From: Eledone cirrhosa
Lineage: Eukaryota
NCBI GenBank assembly: GCA_964016885.1
Contig: OZ024750.1
Span: forward strand, 44,764,001-44,828,000
Direction: 5' to 3'
DNA: 64,000 nucleotides
Part shown: one piece after another, positions 57,388-64,000 of the stretch
How the letters are laid out: every line of letters begins with the position of its first letter
Numbering within the stretch: position 1 is the stretch's first letter
The notes under the pieces: model-generated
Seen by the model: the letters and a program-made list of their open reading frames with translations, nothing else
The model's database searches: none
Told to the model about the DNA's origin: nothing
Position numbers and translations under genes: made by a program

Positions 57388-58255
57388 GAACAAAATTGCA
57401 AATGGTTACTGACATTGAAAAGATCTACACAAAAATCATTAGTTTAATGCTTATGGGAAAAAGCAAAAGATCGCTCAACATATCGGGCGCTGGTCCTTCA
57501 TCATGAAAGAGTGAAATTAAGATTGAGATGTTGCCAGAAGGGATAAAGCGGAAACAAAGATGCAATATGTTTAGCACAATGGTATGGATACCCTAACATG
57601 TTGGTTCGACGCCCATATACGTCAATACTAATCTTTTTACCATTTCTTAGAGGGTTCTAAAAACCACTATCAGGCTAAATTTTCTTTAGTAAAAAATACG
57701 GCGAAAGCTTCTATGTCTAAGTTCAAACTCACTTGGTGTTTCAAAACATACTTACTTGAATTAAGTATGTTGTGATAAGGTTTGGAAGTTATTTCTAAAA
57801 TGTGGCATTGCCTCGTGTTTTAACTTGTATCGTATTTGTTAAATTCTCTTTTTAAGTAGTAATATTGTTTGGTCTTATATCATAACAAAGATGGCGTAAT
57901 TTGCCGTAGAAGGGAAGTGTGCTGTAGAAGGAAAGGAATTCGAAACTAAAAACAAATACTTTTAATAGCATTTATGAGATATATATATATATATATATAT
58001 TTACTCATAAATTCATATATACAGAAATATCAAAGGTATTATTCCTACAAGATTATTACAATTTGATGCCATATAAGATTCGGTACACAAATATTCCCCA
58101 AAGAACAATACCTATACAATTCAATATATATTCTCTTCTCAAATGTTAAAGTTCATATAAATACGTACACACGTATATATTGATAAATATATTTATCTCT
58201 CTCTTTCTCTCTCCCACGCTCTTTCTCTCTCTATATATATATTTATATATATATA

Positions 58256-58295
<40 letters not shown>

Positions 58296-58361
58296 TATTA
58301 ATAACTATATTTCTCTCTCTCCTTATCTCTCCCTCTTTCTCTCTCTTTATATATATATATG

Positions 58362-58456
<95 letters not shown>

Positions 58457-58517
58457 TATATATATACACACACACTCACACACACATATGTATGACTCTA
58501 TGTGTGTATAGATATAA

Positions 58518-58584
<67 letters not shown>

Positions 58585-59061
58585 AATATATATATATAAT
58601 ATATATATATATATATAATTGTGTCTATATGTACATGCGAATATTTGTGTGAGTACATTTCTCAAACTGGAAACATATCCTGTTTTTTATATACAAAAAA
58701 CTTTTATTCGATAATTCTAAAGTCGAAGTTTTAAAAGGTATATCTACATATATATGTTTAGATATCGAAAATATAATATAAAAACATAATATTTTAGTTT
58801 TCTAAATATATTTTCAAATATTGCTTTGTTGAATTCAACTCTTTGATTATTTGTGAATGAATATAGCCCGAATCCTATACAGATAATTTTGTGTATGTAC
58901 GTGTATTGGAACATACATAAGTATATATAGTTGCGTACGTATATATGCGGGTATGTATGTATGTATGCATCCATGTATGTGGTTACGTTATGGAGGTGTA
59001 TACACACACACACACACACACATACACACATACACACACACATACACACGCACACACACAC

Positions 59062-59143
<82 letters not shown>

Positions 59144-59289
59144 TTATGTATACAACTCTATGGTGTATGTGTGTGTGTAAACGTGATTTTTCTTGTTTGG
59201 AAAACACACGATTATATATATGTATATACATATATACATATTTACTTACATACATCCATATATACATAGATAGATATATTTATATATAC

Positions 59290-59329
<40 letters not shown>

Positions 59330-59436
59330 TTACACTCCTCTTCAACCAATCTATTTATCTCTCTTTCAATCCACATATGTATGTTTGGGGATTTACATGT
59401 GTTTGTGTTTTCGAGCTTATGTGTTTTTAAACTGCA

Positions 59437-59481
<45 letters not shown>

Positions 59482-59483
59482 CA

Positions 59484-59590
<107 letters not shown>

Positions 59591-59984
59591 TCTCTCTCTC
59601 TCTTTCTCTCTCTCTCTCTGCCTGTGTGTATGTGTGTGTGTGTGTGGGTGTATGTGTGTGGGTGCGTGTGTGTGAGAGAGTGTGTCTGAGTGCATCTGTA
59701 ATTGACTGTGCTGTTATATATAATTCTCTATGTCTGACTATTTACCAAAGTATTATACATTTTTATACGGGCAGCAACCATTTTATTTTGCTGTACTGTA
59801 GATGTTATTGCTGTTATCTTTCAACAGGTATTTTAGTTTATAATAAGAATAGAAATTGGTTGGGTACAAACACTTCCCAAGCAGCCACAACCACGATGAG
59901 AACAAATAGAATAAGATAAATAATGGCTACACCAATCAACAACTGAGTTACCAAAGCCAAATATAGGCCAAATATAGTGGAGAA

Positions 59985-61310
59985 CGACACCACATTACCG
60001 TCACCGCCACCACTACCAGTACTGCCATCACCACCACCCCTGCCAACATCACTACAGTCACCACCACCACTACCACAACCGTCACCACCACCACTACCAC
60101 TACCGTCACCAACAACACCACAACCATCACACCACCACTACAACTACCGTCACCACCACCACAACCATTACAGTCATCACCACCACCACTGCCAACATCA
60201 CCAACAACACCACAACCATCACCAACACCACATCCACTACCGTCACCACCACCACAACCACTACTGCCAACACCACCACCACCGCCACCATCACCAACAA
60301 CACCACAACCATCACTACCACCACCATCACCAACGACACCACAACCATCACTACCACCACCACCGCACTATCTTCGCCACACCACTACCACTACCGTCAC
60401 CACAACCACTACCACCACCATCACCAACGACACCGCAACCATCACTACCACCAACACCACCACCGCACTACATTCGCCACACCACTGCCACTACCGTCAC
60501 CACCACCACTACCACCACCATCACCAACAACATCACAACCACCACTACCACCACCATCAACACCATCTCCAATACCTTCCACCGTAACCACCACCACCAC
60601 CACCACCATCACTACCACCACCACCACCGCCAATGCTACCAAGACCACCACCGCAACCATCACAACCAACACCACCACTACCTATACCACCTCCAATGCT
60701 TCCGTTCTTCAATAACATCATCAGCAACAAAGGATCAACGTGGCAATCACGATCAACGCCACCGCCACCATCATCATCACCATCACCACCATCATCACCA
60801 TCACCACCAGCACCAGCACCATTATCATCATCACCATCATCATCACCATCATCACCATCATCATCACTATCATCATCACCATCATCATCACCACCATCGT
60901 CATCATCATCACCATCATCACCATCATCATCACCATCATCACCATCATCACCATCATCATCACCATCATCACCATCACCACCATCACCATCATCACCATC
61001 AGCATCACCATCATCACCATCATCACCATCATCACCATCATCACCATCACCATCATCACCATCACCACCATCACCATCATCACCATCATCACCATCATCA
61101 CCATCATCACCATCATCACCATCATCACCATCACCATCACCACCGTCACCATCACCACCATCATCATCATCATCACCACCATCATCACCACCATCACCAC
61201 CATCATCACCACCATCACCATCATCACCATCACCACCATCATCACCACCATCACCACCATCATCACCACCATCAACATCATCACCATCATCACCATCATC
61301 ACCATCATCA
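59985..61310. repeat. (CAC/CAT)n trinucleotide repeat
   Basis: Direct inspection; open in several frames only because it lacks stops. Confidence 0.95.
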
Positions 61311-61395
61311 TAAGAAGCATTCACGAACCAAACTGTTTTTGAAAAAGTAATTTCGGGCGTTCTTTAAATTCACAAACATACGTAAACATGTACAG

Positions 61396-61429
<34 letters not shown>

Positions 61430-61849
61430 ACACACACACATACACACACGTACACATACATGTACAGACATACACAGACAGACAGACACACACACGCACA
61501 CACACACGTACACATACATGTTCAGACACACACACACATACACATACATGTACAAACACACACACACACACACACACACATACATGTACAGACACACACT
61601 TTCACAAGCCCATACACAGTCAAACACACACACACACGCACACTTATACATACACGTACAGGAAAACAAACTTTCATAAACCCATTCACAGTCAAACATA
61701 TATACATACACACATGCACACATACATATTCAGGTACACGAACTTTCATACGAACATACGCAGTCAAACATTTACAGACACACAGGCACACTTACATATA
61801 CACATACAGCAACGTAAAATTTGATAAGACCATACACAGTCGAACATAT

Positions 61850-61885
<36 letters not shown>

Positions 61886-62112
61886 ACACACACACACACA
61901 CACCTAACCAACCAATACACACACATAGACACACAGTATCAGACGCCGTTGGTGAAATTTATCCGTACTTTTCGTTTACTTATTGGTCTGAATTCAAAAC
62001 GTCACAAAAGACAAATAGTAAAGAAAATATACGTATAAAGGATTAATGTATATATATATATACATCATATATATATATATATATACATACATACATATAT
62101 ATATATATGTAC

Positions 62113-62193
<81 letters not shown>

Positions 62194-62227
62194 GAGAGAG
62201 AGATATGTACATATATATATTTATATT

Positions 62228-62258
<31 letters not shown>

Positions 62259-62270
62259 ATATATATATAT

Positions 62271-62338
<68 letters not shown>

Positions 62339-62569
62339 GTGTTATAGATCTGATAAAAAATGGTTTATTTTTTTAAACATAATTCTGCAAACTATTTTAT
62401 TGAAATTCAAAAACCCACATTTATCTGGTTTTTACATCCGTATGATTATATATATATATATGTATGTATATATATATATATATGTATGTATATCTGTGTA
62501 TATATAAATATATAATATTTATGTGAATATACAAACAAACGCGTGCACACACACACACACACACACACA

Positions 62570-62611
<42 letters not shown>

Positions 62612-63165
62612 CATTTAGTTACATATAGATATATTTAGATATATAGGAGTGTATATACAATTTATATATTCAATACACCGCTTTTTTCTCATGCTTTGTC
62701 AAAACTACTTTTTCTCATGCTTTGTCAAAACTACTTTTACATCCGTATGAAAAGTAAAAGTACAACAATATTGAAACATGTTTCAGAGGATGTCGTACAA
62801 ATATGTACATAGTACATACCGGTACACACGAAACACACACATGCACTCACACACAAATACCCACTTATACACACACGTGTAACCATACATACCCACACTC
62901 ACTCACATGTATATATATACAGTATATTCACGTGCATACATCACAGAAACCTTTATGATATAAGGTTTAGGCTAACAATGTTAAACTTGTTTCTGTGAGA
63001 AAAATATTATTGACTGATGAAGCGGATTTGTCGATATTGAAAATGGCTGAAGGACAAAATCTTTTAAAGAAATTTATTTTCAAACGGAAGCATTATGATA
63101 ACTGATAACTTTACATACGTATTTTACCCTGAGACAAATAACACAGTATTATATGTATGGCAGTA

Positions 63166-63938
63166 AGGGCGGTGAATTGGCAGTATCGGTAGAGGGTTGG
63201 ACGCCATGCTTTCTAGCATAGTTACGTCCCTTTACAGTCTGAGTTCAAATCCCGCCAAGGTTAACTTTACCATTCATCCTTACGGGGTCGATAAAATAAA
63301 GTACCTGTAATGTACTGGGTAATTGCTGGCCTTGTGCCTAAAGTAGAAACAATTATATGTATGGCAGTATCAGTAAAGGGTCGGACGCCATGCTTTGACG
63401 CAAAGAGTCACGTCCCTTTACGATCTGAGTTCAAATGCCGCCGAGGTTAACTTTGCCTTTCATCCTTACGGGGTCGATAAAATAAAGTACCAGTAATGTA
63501 CTGGGTAATTGCTGGCCTTGTGCCAAAAGTAGAAACAATTATATGTATGGGCGATTGATTATCAGTATTGGTAGAGGTTCGGACGCTATGCTTTGCAGCA
63601 TAGAGTTACGCCCCTTTACGGTCTGAGTTCAAATCCCGCCGAGGTTAACTTTGCCTTTCATCTTTACGGGGCCAACAAAATAAAGTACCACTAACGTAAT
63701 CGGGTCGATTTAATCGACTTTCCCCTCCCCCCAAATTACTGGCCTTGTGTCTATACTAGAAACCATTTATTAGTTATGGCCCTTTACGGTCTGAGTTCAA
63801 ATCCCGCCGAAAATAGCTTTGCCTTTCATCATTACGGAGCCAATAAAATAAAGCAGCAGTGACATACTAGTGTCAATTTAATCGACTTTCCCCTCGGATT
63901 CAAATTACTGGCTTTGTCCCTAAAGCAGAAAGAATTAT
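63166..63938 (+). mobile_element. Four stacked SINE family 1 copies
   Basis: Copies at 63166, 63362, 63549 and 63771, with a repeated TSD attatatgtatgg(cagta). Confidence 0.9.
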
Positions 63939-64000
63939 ATGTAAGCATGTGTAGACAATTGTTTCTAACTGAGAAGGTACGTTATTTAAGCAGCCAGAAT

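Noticed and set aside
59977-61350. 457-aa His/Pro-rich ORF and overlapping ORFs
   Set aside because: Pure (CAC/CAT)n repeat open in multiple frames on both strands, with no domain or splice evidence.
63010-63060. ctgatgaagcggatttgtcgatattgaaaatgg as hammerhead or exon
   Set aside because: Stems II and III do not pair, and there is no independent coding evidence.

Overview
This is AT-rich, microsatellite-saturated eukaryotic intergenic or intronic DNA. The SINE families and (TA)n/(CA)n load look like an octopus or other cephalopod genome (inference). No host protein-coding gene can be supported: almost all listed ORFs are translated microsatellites. The real content is many copies of tRNA-derived SINEs, decayed LINE fragments (RTE, CR1-like, two R4/Dong-like RLE elements, Tx1/L1-like) and a piggyBac-like MITE. 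The striking signal is a set of small non-coding elements sitting inside (TA)n tracts that carry Type I hammerhead ribozyme (HHR) motifs. The centrepiece is 51680-55223: about 10.2 apparently identical 310-bp units, each with a complete extended hammerhead, preceded by 1.2 inverted units. This looks like a retrozyme or Penelope pLTR-type rolling-circle product. At least five other sequence families form head-to-head palindromes in (TA)n with hammerheads (or hammerhead halves) pointing outward and a shared GAGTRCTY motif near the outer end. One palindrome with the same architecture has a tRNA-like head at its centre. All RNA structures were folded by eye, and no searches were run.
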